Assembly: GCA_030681555.1 (NCBI GenBank)
Contig: JAUXRW010000048.1
Span: 1-62,257, forward strand
Direction: 5' to 3'
Source of the DNA: Acidimicrobiales bacterium
GTDB taxonomy: Bacteria; Actinomycetota; Acidimicrobiia; Acidimicrobiales; VFJN01
DNA length: 62,257 bases
Below are positions 32,364 to 42,185 of the stretch, piece after piece; position 1 is the stretch's first letter; the number at the start of each line of letters is the position of its first letter. The notes under the pieces were generated by a model. That model was given only the letters and a program-made list of their open reading frames with translations, made no database searches and had not been told where the DNA came from. The position numbers were made by a program, and so were the translations under genes.

Positions 32364-32762
32364 GTGACGTTCCGCTCGGAGGCCATCCGTGGCGCCGGGT
32401 CCACGGGTCCCGGCGGCACGATCGACTATCGCCTGGCCCGCCTGGCCGTGGTCTCGGAGTTCCGGAAGGGCCGCCTGGCCCGGCACGAGGTGTGCGACGC
32501 CCACCCGGAGCTTCGGCGGGCGGCCAGCATGGCCAGCGAACCCACCTCGATGGAGTGCCCGATCTGCGAGGAGGACCAGGTGGTCCTCGTCACGTACGCC
32601 TTCGGGTCCCGACTGCCCGCCTCGGGCCGGTGCATCACGGCCACGGGGGAGCTGGCAAAGCTGGCCAAGGGCCGAGACCGGCTCGCCTGCTACGTCGTCG
32701 AGGTCTGCCCCTCCTGCTCGTGGAACCACCTGGCCCGCAGCTTCCTGCTCGGTCGCTCCTGA
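32364..32762 (+). CDS. DUF5318-like putative Zn-binding protein
   Basis: VCDAHPEL, CPIC and YVVEVC..C.WNHL; usual neighbour of ponA/ino1. Confidence 0.82.
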   Translation: MTFRSEAIRGAGSTGPGGTIDYRLARLAVVSEFRKGRLARHEVCDAHPELRRAASMASEPTSMECPICEEDQVVLVTYAFGSRLPASGRCITATGELAKLAKGRDRLACYVVEVCPSCSWNHLARSFLLGRS

Positions 32763-33511
32763 CCACGATCCCGTCCGCCGCTCGGTGGGGGCTCGCCGGT
32801 GCCGGGCTGGTGCTGGCGGTCAGCTCTCGTGGTGACGCGAGCGTCCTGGCCGTCGTGCTCGCTGCGCTGGCCTGGCGTCCGACGGCCGTGCTCGCCGTCG
32901 GGGCCGCCTTCGTCGCGTCGTCCTGGCGCTGGGATGCCAGCTCCCTCGAGGCGCTCAGCGGAGCGCAGGCCGTGCTCGGCCCCGCCGGCGGCGTCGGCCC
33001 CCCGGCCGCTGCGGCCGGCTCGTGGCTCGCCGCTGCGGCGATCCTGCTGGCCCTTGCCGGGGCCGTCGAGCGCACGGGTCGGGTGGCGCCGATCGACCTG
33101 GCCCGAGCGGCTGCCGCGGGCGCAGCCGTGGCCGCCGTGGTCGCCGGCCCGGCCCTCGGAGGGCACATCGCGGTGCGGGCGGCCGTTGCGGTCGGGGCAG
33201 CTACTGCCAGTATTGGTTTCGGACTGCTGCGCGCTCCCCGGCCCCGCCTCGACCGGGTGCTGTCCGTCGTCTCGGTGCTCGTCGGCGCAGGGGCCGTCGC
33301 ATCGATCGCCACCGACGCACCCGCCTGGCCGCCCAGTGCCGAGCTCGCGACCGTGGGCGAAGGGGCGGTGCTGGCTCTCGCCGCCTCCGCCCTCGTCGTG
33401 TCGGCCGTCGGGGCGTTCGCCGCAAGAGCGAGCCGCCGCGATGGGGATGGCGCCCTCCGGCGACGTAGGTTGTACCCCGCTCCGGGCCCCCGGCGCCCAC
33501 GCCAGCGATGA
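32759..33511 (+). CDS. Hypothetical Ala-rich multi-pass membrane protein
   Basis: Strongly hydrophobic frame filling the gap. Start is CTG 32759 (CTGA overlap) or GTG 32810. Confidence 0.55.
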   Translation: MTTIPSAARWGLAGAGLVLAVSSRGDASVLAVVLAALAWRPTAVLAVGAAFVASSWRWDASSLEALSGAQAVLGPAGGVGPPAAAAGSWLAAAAILLALAGAVERTGRVAPIDLARAAAAGAAVAAVVAGPALGGHIAVRAAVAVGAATASIGFGLLRAPRPRLDRVLSVVSVLVGAGAVASIATDAPAWPPSAELATVGEGAVLALAASALVVSAVGAFAARASRRDGDGALRRRRLYPAPGPRRPRQR

Positions 33512-35811
33512 CCGAACGCCGTCCTCCCGCCGCCCGCCCTGCCGCCAAGCGGCCCCCGTCGAAGGGGTCCGCCTCGAACGTCGCGCCCCGCCGGGCCCGC
33601 TCGGCGGTGCCTCGCCCGAAGGCGGGCAACGGCCGCCGGAGCGCCCTTTGGCGGTGGCGCCGGAGCCTCTTCGTCGGTGGGCTCGTCAGCGTGGCCGGCA
33701 TCGGCGGCGTCGCCTCGGTCGTCTTCAACATCAACCTGCCGCCCGAGGACGCGCTGCGGCAGACCTCGTTCGTCTGCGCGGCCGACGTCAGGGAGGCATG
33801 CGGGCCGGACAACGCCATCGCGACCTTCAGTGCCGAGGAGGATCGCATCAACGTCCCCCTCGAGGAGGTGCCGCAGGTCCTGGTCGACGCGGTCCTGGCG
33901 ACCGAGGACCGGGACTTCTTCGAGCACGGCGGCGTGGACCCCGTCGGCATCGCTCGCGCGTTCTACAACGACGTGCGCGGCCGCGGCGTCCGGCAGGGCG
34001 GCTCCACGATCACGCAGCAGTACGTGAAGAACGTCTACCTGAGCTCCGAGCGCAGCATCGCCCGCAAGGTGAAGGAGGCGGTGCTCGCGGTGAAGCTCGA
34101 GCGGGAGCTCGACAAGGAGCAGATCCTCGAGCGGTACCTCAACACCATCTACTTCGGCCGGGGCGCCTACGGGGTAGGCGCCGCATCGCGGGCGTACTTC
34201 GGCACGGACGTCCGGGGGATCGGGCTCCCGGAGGCGGCGTACCTCGCCGGCCTCATCCGCGCGCCCGAGGCAGCGGACCCGGCCACAGCTCCTGAGGAGG
34301 CCACCCGCCGGCGGGAGACCTCGCTGGCCGCCATGGCCTCCGAGGGCCACATCACCGAGGCTGAGCAGGCCGCTGCGTCCGCCGTGCCGTGGGAAGGCCA
34401 CGTCATCGCGCGCCGCGACCGCTCCAAGCTCGACCTCGTGCCGGAGCTGGAGACCATCGGCGGTGCGTACTTCCTGGAGGAGGTGCGCCAGCAGGTGGCC
34501 GAGAAGTACGGCGAGGGCACCCTGTACGGCGGCGGTCTCAGGATCTACCTGACACTCGACACCGAGATGCAGGAGGCGGCGTGGGACGCCGTCACGTCCA
34601 CACTCGACCAGCCGGACGACCCCGCCGCCGCCCTCGTGGCCATCGACGACCTCGGGCAGATCAAGGCCATGGTCGGCGGGCGGGACATCGAGGCCCAAGA
34701 GGTGAACTACGCCCTGGGCAAGGACGGGGGTGGCTCCGGCCGTGGCGCCGGGTCCTCCTTCAAGCCGTTCGTGCTGGCCGCGGCTCTCCAGAAGGGCATC
34801 TCGCTCAACTCCAAGTTCAACGCGCCGGCCGAGATCACGCTGCCGAAGGCCAACGGCGGCAAGGACTGGGTGGTCGGCAACTACGACGAGAGCGAGCAGG
34901 GCGTGCTCGACCTCGTCGACGCCACGCGCGTGTCCTCCAACACGGCCTACGCGCAGCTCATGCTGAAGGTCGGCCCGGACCGCGTGATCGACCTGGCGCA
35001 CGACATGGGGGTGTCGTCGGAGCTCGAGGAGGTCAACTCGCTCGTGCTCGGCACCGGCGACGTCTCCGTGCTCGACATGGCGGAGGGCTTCAGCACCTTC
35101 GCCAATCGGGGCGTGCACAAGGACGCCACGATGATCGCCAAGATCGAACAGGTCGACGAGGACGGCGACGTCCGGGTGATCCAGGAGACTTCGACCTCGT
35201 CAGAGCAGGTGCTCACCATGACCGAGGCGGACATGGTGACCCATGCGCTGCGCCAGGTGGTGCTGAGCGGCACCGGACGGGCTGCGAACTTCGGGAAGGC
35301 GGCGGCGGGCAAGACGGGCACCAGCCAGGAGAACCGCGACGCGTGGTTCGTCGGCTACACCCCCAAGCTCACCGCCGCCGTCTGGATGGGGTATCCCAAC
35401 CCGCCCGGCCAGGCCGAACCCCGCCACATGGACGACGTCCACGGCCGCGAGGTCACCGGCGGATCGTTCCCGGCCGAGATCTGGAAGAAGTTCATGCGGA
35501 ACGCCACGGCGGGGATGGACACCGGATCGTTCACCGCGCCCAAGGCCTTCCCGGGCGAGGTGCTGAACCCGCAGCTCCAGACCTCGACGACCACCAAGGC
35601 GACGGGCGCCACCAGTTCGACGACCCCCGGCGCGAGCACGAGCAGCACGGCCAGGCCCGGTGGCAGCTCGACGACGGCTCCGAGCCAGGCGCCGACCACC
35701 ACGCTCGGCACCACGACCACCACGGCAGACCCGAGGGTGTGCGCCGACCCGAGTCGAGAGTTCCCGTTCTGCGAGGCCCCTCTCCCGGGTGGGACCGACG
35801 GGGAGCCCTAG
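33508..35811 (+). CDS. ponA: Class A penicillin-binding protein (PBP1A)
   Basis: EDRDFFEH and GGSTITQQYVK (TG domain); SSFK, SSN and KTG (TP domain); Thr/Ser-rich tail. Confidence 0.95.
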   Translation: MTERRPPAARPAAKRPPSKGSASNVAPRRARSAVPRPKAGNGRRSALWRWRRSLFVGGLVSVAGIGGVASVVFNINLPPEDALRQTSFVCAADVREACGPDNAIATFSAEEDRINVPLEEVPQVLVDAVLATEDRDFFEHGGVDPVGIARAFYNDVRGRGVRQGGSTITQQYVKNVYLSSERSIARKVKEAVLAVKLERELDKEQILERYLNTIYFGRGAYGVGAASRAYFGTDVRGIGLPEAAYLAGLIRAPEAADPATAPEEATRRRETSLAAMASEGHITEAEQAAASAVPWEGHVIARRDRSKLDLVPELETIGGAYFLEEVRQQVAEKYGEGTLYGGGLRIYLTLDTEMQEAAWDAVTSTLDQPDDPAAALVAIDDLGQIKAMVGGRDIEAQEVNYALGKDGGGSGRGAGSSFKPFVLAAALQKGISLNSKFNAPAEITLPKANGGKDWVVGNYDESEQGVLDLVDATRVSSNTAYAQLMLKVGPDRVIDLAHDMGVSSELEEVNSLVLGTGDVSVLDMAEGFSTFANRGVHKDATMIAKIEQVDEDGDVRVIQETSTSSEQVLTMTEADMVTHALRQVVLSGTGRAANFGKAAAGKTGTSQENRDAWFVGYTPKLTAAVWMGYPNPPGQAEPRHMDDVHGREVTGGSFPAEIWKKFMRNATAGMDTGSFTAPKAFPGEVLNPQLQTSTTTKATGATSSTTPGASTSSTARPGGSSTTAPSQAPTTTLGTTTTTADPRVCADPSREFPFCEAPLPGGTDGEP

Positions 35812-35984
35812 AGCACCTGGTGGGGGTAGCTGGTGCGGCAGGGGAAGCACCACCGCTCGACATCGTCGAGCACCTCGACGTTCTCCTCGGTGTCCCATGC
35901 CTCGGGGGTGACGTACATCCGGCGGACCGGCACGACCTCCACTCGCTCGAAGCCGCAGCTGTCGCAAATCCCGATGTCGTCCAC
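35808..35984 (-). CDS. Small (58 aa) putative zinc-binding protein
   Basis: MDDIGICDSCG...WCFPCRTSYPHQ with two CxxC motifs; TACGGT-N6-GTG start. Confidence 0.7.
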   Translation of the reverse strand: MDDIGICDSCGFERVEVVPVRRMYVTPEAWDTEENVEVLDDVERWCFPCRTSYPHQVL

Positions 35985-36104
35985 GAGCGCACCGTAGCGC
36001 CGGCCGCCGCGCCCGCCGCGAGGTTGGAACGCGGGCGCCGGGAGGCGTACGCTTCGAGGTGCCGCTGGCAGCCACCCAGGCGCTGGACGGTAGGAGGTGC
36101 AGCG

Positions 36105-36983
36105 ATGCGCAAGCAGATGACCGCGCCTGCGATCCGAGCCCGCAAGGTACGGGACGGGCGCGAGCCACTCGTCATGGTCACGGCCTACGACGCGCCCGGT
36201 GCGCGCATGGCCGACGCCGCCGGGATCGACCTGGTCCTCGTCGGCGACTCGGTCGCGATGGTGGTGCTCGGGTACGACGACACCTTGCAGGTGACCGTCG
36301 ACGACCTGGCCCACCACACGGCTGCCGTCGCCCGGGGCCTGGCGAGCTCGGCGCCCGAGGCGGAGTCGGGCAAGCCGCTCGTCGTGGCCGACCTGCCGTG
36401 GATGAGCTACCACACCACGCCGGTGGAGACGGTCCGCAACGCGGCCCAGCTCGTCCGGGCCGGCGCGCAGGCGGTGAAGCTCGAGGGCGGGCGCAAGCGC
36501 CTTCCGATGATCGAGGCCATCGTCGATGCCGAGATCCCGGTGATGGGCCACCTCGGGCTCACCCCGCAGTCCATGCACGCCATGGGCGGTTTCAAGGTGC
36601 AGGGGCGCGAGCACGGCGCGGCGCTCGAGCTGGTCGCCGACGCGAAGGCGCTGGAGGCCGCCGGCTGCTTCGCGATCGTCCTCGAGGGCGTCCCCGACGA
36701 GGTCGCCCGCATGATCACGGGATCCGTCGACGTCCCCACCGTCGGCATCGGTGCGGGGCCGGGCTGCGACGGGCAGGTGCTCGTCTTCCACGACGTGCTC
36801 GGCATCGAGGACCGCATGCGGCCCAAGTTCGTCCGTCGGTACGCCGACGTGCGCACCGTGGCGGTCGAGGCGCTCCAGGCCTACGCAGCCGATGTCCGCA
36901 CGGGGGCGTTCCCCAACGCCGACGAGAGCTACCACCTCACCGCCGAGGTGGCCGAGACCCTCGGGCTGTACGGCTCGGCGTAG
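36105..36983 (+). CDS. panB: 3-methyl-2-oxobutanoate hydroxymethyltransferase
   Basis: TAYD, LVGDS, VKLEGG, GHLGLTPQS and GIGAG..CDGQVLV; RBS AGGAGG. Confidence 0.96.
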   Translation: MRKQMTAPAIRARKVRDGREPLVMVTAYDAPGARMADAAGIDLVLVGDSVAMVVLGYDDTLQVTVDDLAHHTAAVARGLASSAPEAESGKPLVVADLPWMSYHTTPVETVRNAAQLVRAGAQAVKLEGGRKRLPMIEAIVDAEIPVMGHLGLTPQSMHAMGGFKVQGREHGAALELVADAKALEAAGCFAIVLEGVPDEVARMITGSVDVPTVGIGAGPGCDGQVLVFHDVLGIEDRMRPKFVRRYADVRTVAVEALQAYAADVRTGAFPNADESYHLTAEVAETLGLYGSA

Positions 36984-37022
36984 CGCGCCGGAGGCCGTCT
37001 GCCGAGGTGGCACGATGGCCCG

Positions 37023-37613
37023 ATGACCCTCGACGAGCGCGCCCTCCGCCGCTTGCTCTGGGTGGCGGTGGCGCTCGTCGCGCTGGGCGTCTGGTTCTTC
37101 GTCCTGCGGGGAGCGGACCAACCCGACGATCCGGTGCTGGGTGCCCCGTCGACCCCGGCGGGCTACATCCCGCCCGGCGACCCGGACCGGGTGCCCATCG
37201 ACGGCTTCTCCGAGGTGGCCATCGCCGTCGAACCGGCGGACGGGGAGGGGCTGCTGGCGTGGTGCCTCCTCGCTGCGATGGACGCGGCCGAGCGCAGCCG
37301 CGGCCTGATGGAGGTCACCGACCTGCAGGGCTACTCCGGCATGGCCTTCGTGTACGGCGAGGAGCAGGCCAACGGCTTCTACATGCGGAACACACCGATG
37401 CCCTTGAGCATCGCCTGGATCGACCGGTCCGGAAAGGTGGTGTCCACCGCGGACATGGCGCCGTGTGAGAACCGGGACGACTGCCCGACCTACCCGCCGG
37501 CGGGGCCGTACAGGCTGGCCGTCGAGGTGCCCCAGGGTCAGCTCGACGACCTCGGGATCACGCCCGGCGCGACGGTCACGGTGGCCGGGGACTGCGCGCC
37601 ACGACCCACCTGA
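37023..37613 (+). CDS. DUF192 domain membrane-anchored protein
   Basis: RGLM..GMAF, FYMRNTPMPLSIAWID and C..CPTY. Confidence 0.88.
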   Translation: MTLDERALRRLLWVAVALVALGVWFFVLRGADQPDDPVLGAPSTPAGYIPPGDPDRVPIDGFSEVAIAVEPADGEGLLAWCLLAAMDAAERSRGLMEVTDLQGYSGMAFVYGEEQANGFYMRNTPMPLSIAWIDRSGKVVSTADMAPCENRDDCPTYPPAGPYRLAVEVPQGQLDDLGITPGATVTVAGDCAPRPT

Positions 37614-37689
37614 CGGCGGCGCTGTCACACCCCGCCGCGACCATGGCGGATGTGTGCACCACCACCCCCCGCCGCTACGCTCACCCGGC

Positions 37690-37757
37690 TAGTTGCAAGC
37701 CCTGCCCCCAGATCGGGGGCCCCGCCGGCGGCGGGTCCACGGGGAGGAGTCCTGCGC
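37690..37757 (+). promoter_or_regulatory. Possible S6:S18 ribosomal-protein leader
   Basis: CCC-containing segment able to pair with the GGGGAGG RBS around a GC hairpin, upstream of rpsF. Not model-verified. Confidence 0.4.
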
Positions 37758-38102
37758 ATGCGGGCCTATGAGCTCATGGTCATCTTCGATTCCGGTCTCG
37801 ACGACCAGGTGATCGACGACCAGGTCAAGTCGGTGGCGGCCCAGGTCGTCGCCCGGGGCGGTGCGGTTGCCACCACCGATCGGTGGGGTCGGCGACGCTT
37901 CGCCTACGAGATCGACCACAAGCAAGAGGGCTACTACGTCGTCTGGGAGATCACGGGCGACGGCGCCGACCTGGAGGCCCTCGAGCGGTCCCTCCGCCTC
38001 GCGGACGAGGTCGTCCGCCACAAGCTCGTGCGCCTGCCCGACCGTGAGGCCGCTCGTCGCGGGCTCTTCGGCCAGGCCGAACCGGCCGCGTCGGCCGGAT
38101 AG
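37758..38102 (+). CDS. rpsF: 30S ribosomal protein S6
   Basis: MRAYELMVI and WGRRRFAYEI..EGYY. Confidence 0.96.
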   Translation: MRAYELMVIFDSGLDDQVIDDQVKSVAAQVVARGGAVATTDRWGRRRFAYEIDHKQEGYYVVWEITGDGADLEALERSLRLADEVVRHKLVRLPDREAARRGLFGQAEPAASAG

Positions 38103-38115
38103 AGGAGATCAGGAC

Positions 38116-38574
38116 ATGGCAGACAACACCGTCACCGTCATCGGCAACGTCACGCGGGACCCCGAGCTGCGCTTCACACCGTCCGGGCAGGCGATCGCCA
38201 GCTTCGGGCTGGCCGTCAACCGCCGCTGGCAGAACCGCCAGACCCAGGAGTGGGAGGAGCAGGTCTCCTTCTTCGACATCACGTGCTGGGCCCAGCTGGG
38301 CCAGAACGTGAGCGACACGCTCGTGAAGGGCAGCCGCGCCATCGTCACCGGGCGCCTGGAGCAGCGCTCGTGGGAGACCGACCAGGGCGACAAGCGCTCG
38401 AAGGTCGAGATCATCGCCGACGAGGTCGGCCCCAGCCTCCGGTGGGCCACGGCCGAGATCACGCGCAACGAGCGTCGCGAAGGCGAGGCCGGCGGTGGTG
38501 GCGGCGCGGCCCGCTCCGCACCCGTTCCGAACGCGGCCCCCGCGGGCTACAACGCCGACGAGGAGCCCTTCTGA
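38116..38574 (+). CDS. ssb: Single-stranded DNA-binding protein
   Basis: [15 protein letters not shown] and C-terminal DEEPF. Confidence 0.97.
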   Translation: MADNTVTVIGNVTRDPELRFTPSGQAIASFGLAVNRRWQNRQTQEWEEQVSFFDITCWAQLGQNVSDTLVKGSRAIVTGRLEQRSWETDQGDKRSKVEIIADEVGPSLRWATAEITRNERREGEAGGGGGAARSAPVPNAAPAGYNADEEPF

Positions 38575-39029
38575 TGGCCAAGCCCGTCCGCACGAAGAAC
38601 AAGGACAACGCCCGCCGAGCCAAAAAGAAGATAAGCCTGCTGATCACGGACCGCGTCGAGTACGTGGACTGGAAGGACGTCAACCTCCTCCGCCGGTTCA
38701 TGTCCGACCGCGCCAAGATCCGGGCCCGTCGGGTCTCCGGCAACAGCGCGCAGCAGCAGGCCGAGATCGCCCGGGCGATCAAGAACGCCCGCGAGATGGC
38801 GCTCCTGCCCTACGCGAGCCGGGTCACCCAGACGCGCGGGCCGAAGCGAGACGGCGAGCGCGGCGGTCGCCGTGAGCGGGATCGCGACCTCCCGGCACCC
38901 GAGACCGAGCCCTTGAGCCACACCGCGGACGCCGAGGTGGACGACGAGCTCGACACCGGCGCCGACGAGGTCGAGGGCGACGAGCGCACCGACGAGCTGG
39001 CCGAGGTCGGCGGCGAGGAGACGTCGTGA
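38574..39029 (+). CDS. rpsR: 30S ribosomal protein S18 (Cys-free, acidic C-terminal extension)
   Basis: [19 protein letters not shown] and [13 protein letters not shown]. Confidence 0.95.
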   Translation: MAKPVRTKNKDNARRAKKKISLLITDRVEYVDWKDVNLLRRFMSDRAKIRARRVSGNSAQQQAEIARAIKNAREMALLPYASRVTQTRGPKRDGERGGRRERDRDLPAPETEPLSHTADAEVDDELDTGADEVEGDERTDELAEVGGEETS

Positions 39030-39472
39030 AGGTCGTCCTCCGCAGTGACGTCGCCCAGGTCGGCAAGAAGGGCGACATCGTCGAGGTCGCCGACGGCTAC
39101 GGACGCAACTACCTGGTGCCGAAGGGCCTCGCCTTCCTGGCCACACCGGGGGTAGCCGACCAGGCTTCGTCGATGCGACGCGGCCGAGATCTGCGCGACG
39201 CCAACGACCGGGCGGCGGCCGAGGCCATCGCCAAGACGCTCGTCCCCAAGGTCATCACCATCACGGCCCGGGCCGGCGCCGAGGGCAAGCTCTTCGGGTC
39301 GGTCACCACCTCCGAGGTGGCTGACGCCGTCACCGCGCAGACCGGCATCGAGCTCGATCGCCGCAAGCTGCACCTCCACGAGCCGATCAAGTCGCTCGGC
39401 ACGCACCTGGTCCCGGTGAAGCTCCACTCGGACGTGGAGTTCCCGATCACCATCGAGGTCGTCGCTTCCTGA
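39026..39472 (+). CDS. rplI: 50S ribosomal protein L9
   Basis: [18 protein letters not shown] and GKLFGSVT. Confidence 0.97.
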   Translation: MKVVLRSDVAQVGKKGDIVEVADGYGRNYLVPKGLAFLATPGVADQASSMRRGRDLRDANDRAAAEAIAKTLVPKVITITARAGAEGKLFGSVTTSEVADAVTAQTGIELDRRKLHLHEPIKSLGTHLVPVKLHSDVEFPITIEVVAS

Positions 39473-39499
39473 CGCGCGGCTAGGGGCGTCGTCCCCAGG

Positions 39500-39563
39500 T
39501 CGTCCACACGATCTCCACACCAACTTGCGCGAGATCCACAGGCTTGTCCTCTCGTTGCGCACA
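39500..39563. promoter_or_regulatory. Degenerate DnaA boxes upstream of dnaB
   Basis: tcgtccaca, atctccaca, agatccaca and ttgcgcaca in direct orientation. Confidence 0.55.
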
Positions 39564-39592
39564 GGGGTTTCGGAGGAAGGTGGGCGTCGCCC

Positions 39593-42073
39593 ATGGCCGC
39601 ACGACTCGATGATCAGGACGCGCCCCGACGAGCCAGCGCCGGACGTGTGCCCCCGCACGACCTCCAGGCCGAGGAGTCGCTCCTCGGCGCCATGATGCTC
39701 TCCGCCGAGGCCATCGCCTCGGCCGCAGGGGCGGTCACGGCGTCCGACTTCTACAAGCCCGCCCACGGGCACATCTACGACGCCATCCACACCCTCTACG
39801 CGTCCGGGCAACCGGTCGACTCGGTGACGGTGGCCGACGAGCTCCGGCGGGCCGACCTCCTCGAGGCTCTCGGCGGGCCGTCTGTGCTCGCGCAGATCAT
39901 GGCGTCCACCCCGGCCACCACGAACGCCGGTCGCTACGCCCGTATCGTCGAGGAGTACGCCCTGCTCCGCCGGCTCATCGGCGTGGCCGGCGAGATCGCC
40001 GAGCTCGGCTACTCCGTCCCGGAGGACGTGGCCAAGGCCCTCGATTCCGCGGAGGCGATGGTCTACGAGGTCAACGAGCGGCGGGTCACCGACAGCACGC
40101 GGAAGCTGGCCGAGCTGCTGTCCGACAACCTCGACCGCCTCGAGCAGCTCTACGAGAAGGGTGACGCCATCACCGGCGTGCCCACCGGCTACCTCGATCT
40201 CGACCGGCTGCTCTCGGGTCTCCAGAAGAGCGCCCTCGTCGTGGTCGGCGCCCGCCCCGCCATGGGGAAGTGCGTCGCCTGGGACACACCGATACTCGAC
40301 CCGCGCACCGGGGCGGTGCGCACCGCGGCCGAGCTCCACCGCGCCGGCGAGCGCGGCGACGACGTCCGCATCCTCGCCCTCGGTGCTGATCACCGGCTCG
40401 CCGTCGCCTCACCGTCGGCCTACGTGGACGATGGCCGCAAGCCCGTGTTCCGGGTGCGCACCCGGCTCGGCCGCGAGGTCCGCACCACCGCCAGCCACCC
40501 CTTCCTCACCCCCGACGGGTGGCAGCCTCTCGCCACCCTCAGCGAAGGCGACAGGGTCGCCGTGCCGCGCGCGCTCCCCGTGTTCGGCGCCGATCCCCTG
40601 CCCAGCGCCGAGGTCGGTCTGCTCGGCTACCTCGTCGGATCCGGCCTGCCCTACGACGACGGCCCGGCGCTGCGCTGCGCCGACCCGGTCGTCGCCCTCG
40701 ACATCCGGGACCACGGCGAGCGGGCGGGCATCGACGTCACCGATCGCTCCACCGGCCTGGCCAGCCGCCAGTACGACGTCGACGCCTGCCCGGCCGTCGA
40801 CCGACTGGCCCACCGGCACCGCCTGGCCGGTGCCCCCGAGCACCGACGGGTGCCCGAGGCCGTCTACCGGCTGCCCCGCTCCCAGCTCGCCGCCTTCCTG
40901 AACCGCGTCCTCGCCATCGGCGCGTCCACCTGGGTGCCGGCCGGGGCGGCCGGTCGGGGTCGGGTCCTGCTGGCCTCGCCGAGCGCCCGCCTCGTCCGCG
41001 ACCTCCAGCACCTTTTCCTCCGCTTCGGCATCAACGCCGCGGTGCGGGCACCGATCGTCGCGGCGAACGACCACGCCTGGGTCACCCACGAGCTCGAGAT
41101 CTCCGGCGCCGACGACCTCGAGCGGCTCGCCCGCCAGATCGGGGTGCTGGGCCAGCAGGCTGCGCTCGAGGAGCTGGTGGCCCACGCCCGCGCCGTCGGG
41201 GAGCCCGTGCTCGTGGGGCGCGGCCCCGCCGGGGTCCGCATGGCCACGCCCGTCGAAGGCGGCAGCGACGTCCGCTGGGACGAGATCGTCGCCCTCGAGG
41301 CCGACGGCATCGACCAGGTGTACGACCTCACCATCCCCGAGCTGCACAACTTCGTGGCCGGCGACGTCTACGTGCACAACACCTCGTTCGCGCTCGGCAT
41401 GGTCGCCCACGCCGCCCTCGAGGCCGCCAAGCCCGTCCTGTTCTTCTCGCTCGAGATGAGCAACCTCGAGCTCTCCCAGCGACTGCTCTGCGCCGAGGCC
41501 CGCGTCGACTCCACCCGGGTGCGCAACGGCCAGCTCCAAGCCGACGACTGGCAGAAGATCTCCCGGGCCATGGGCCGGCTCGCCGAGGCACCCATCTGGA
41601 TCGACGACAACCCCAACCTCTCGATCATGGAGATCCGGGCGAAGGCGCGCCGCCTCAAGAGCCAGGTCGGGGACCTCGGCATGATCGTCATCGACTACCT
41701 GCAGCTCATGACCGGACGCAGCCGCGCCGAGAGCCGCCAGGTCGAGGTGTCAGAGCTCAGCCGAGGACTCAAGATCCTCGCCCGCGAGCTCGAGACACCG
41801 GTCGTTGCGCTCTCCCAGCTGTCCCGCGGCCTCGAGATGCGGGCCGACAAGCGTCCGATGCTCGCCGACCTCCGGGAGAGCGGCTCCATCGAGCAGGACT
41901 CCGACGTGGTCATGTTCATCTTCCGCGAGGAGATCTACGACGCCAAGCCCGAAAACGCCGGCCAGGCCGAGATCATCGTGGCCAAGCACCGCTCCGGACC
42001 CACCGGCGTAGTCCAGCTCGCCTTCCTCCCCCAGTTCACCCGCTTCGTCAACATGGCTCGCGGCTTCGACTGA
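39593..42073 (+). CDS. dnaB: Replicative DNA helicase DnaB containing an intein
   Basis: PPHDLQAEESLLG, GARPAMGK|T, FFSLEM, IDYLQLM and DLRESGSIEQD. Confidence 0.97.
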   Translation: MAARLDDQDAPRRASAGRVPPHDLQAEESLLGAMMLSAEAIASAAGAVTASDFYKPAHGHIYDAIHTLYASGQPVDSVTVADELRRADLLEALGGPSVLAQIMASTPATTNAGRYARIVEEYALLRRLIGVAGEIAELGYSVPEDVAKALDSAEAMVYEVNERRVTDSTRKLAELLSDNLDRLEQLYEKGDAITGVPTGYLDLDRLLSGLQKSALVVVGARPAMGKCVAWDTPILDPRTGAVRTAAELHRAGERGDDVRILALGADHRLAVASPSAYVDDGRKPVFRVRTRLGREVRTTASHPFLTPDGWQPLATLSEGDRVAVPRALPVFGADPLPSAEVGLLGYLVGSGLPYDDGPALRCADPVVALDIRDHGERAGIDVTDRSTGLASRQYDVDACPAVDRLAHRHRLAGAPEHRRVPEAVYRLPRSQLAAFLNRVLAIGASTWVPAGAAGRGRVLLASPSARLVRDLQHLFLRFGINAAVRAPIVAANDHAWVTHELEISGADDLERLARQIGVLGQQAALEELVAHARAVGEPVLVGRGPAGVRMATPVEGGSDVRWDEIVALEADGIDQVYDLTIPELHNFVAGDVYVHNTSFALGMVAHAALEAAKPVLFFSLEMSNLELSQRLLCAEARVDSTRVRNGQLQADDWQKISRAMGRLAEAPIWIDDNPNLSIMEIRAKARRLKSQVGDLGMIVIDYLQLMTGRSRAESRQVEVSELSRGLKILARELETPVVALSQLSRGLEMRADKRPMLADLRESGSIEQDSDVVMFIFREEIYDAKPENAGQAEIIVAKHRSGPTGVVQLAFLPQFTRFVNMARGFD
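40271..41380 (+). mobile_element. Intein (370 aa) in the DnaB Walker A loop with degenerate LAGLIDADG endonuclease
   Basis: Cys1 (CVAWDT), block B TASHPF, block F VYDLTIPELHNF, terminal HN followed by Thr+1. Removing it restores GARPAMGKT. Confidence 0.95.
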
Positions 42074-42185
42074 CTGTTTGCTTGCTGCGGGCGTCGCTGC
42101 GCTCCTGCCTCCGCACGTGCGGCTCCGGGGTCGGCGGCCGCCCCATCGCCGCCTGGCTGTGCGTCTGGCGGCCCTGGACCGGACC

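Noticed and set aside
36050-36104. Riboswitch or pan-motif leader before panB
   Set aside because: The leader is short and I cannot support a known motif by eye; it needs an Rfam/Infernal search.
4285-38116. Genome-wide amber reassignment: several TAG stops are in frame with the next gene (recF-dciA, rpmH-rnpA, 16512-trxB, kinase-sigma, ino1-methyltransferase, panB-DUF192)
   Set aside because: Six of ten co-directional TAG junctions by my start calls gives a binomial p of about 0.08 at 1/3. The TAGs fall at normal protein ends and several downstream genes have their own promoters or starts.
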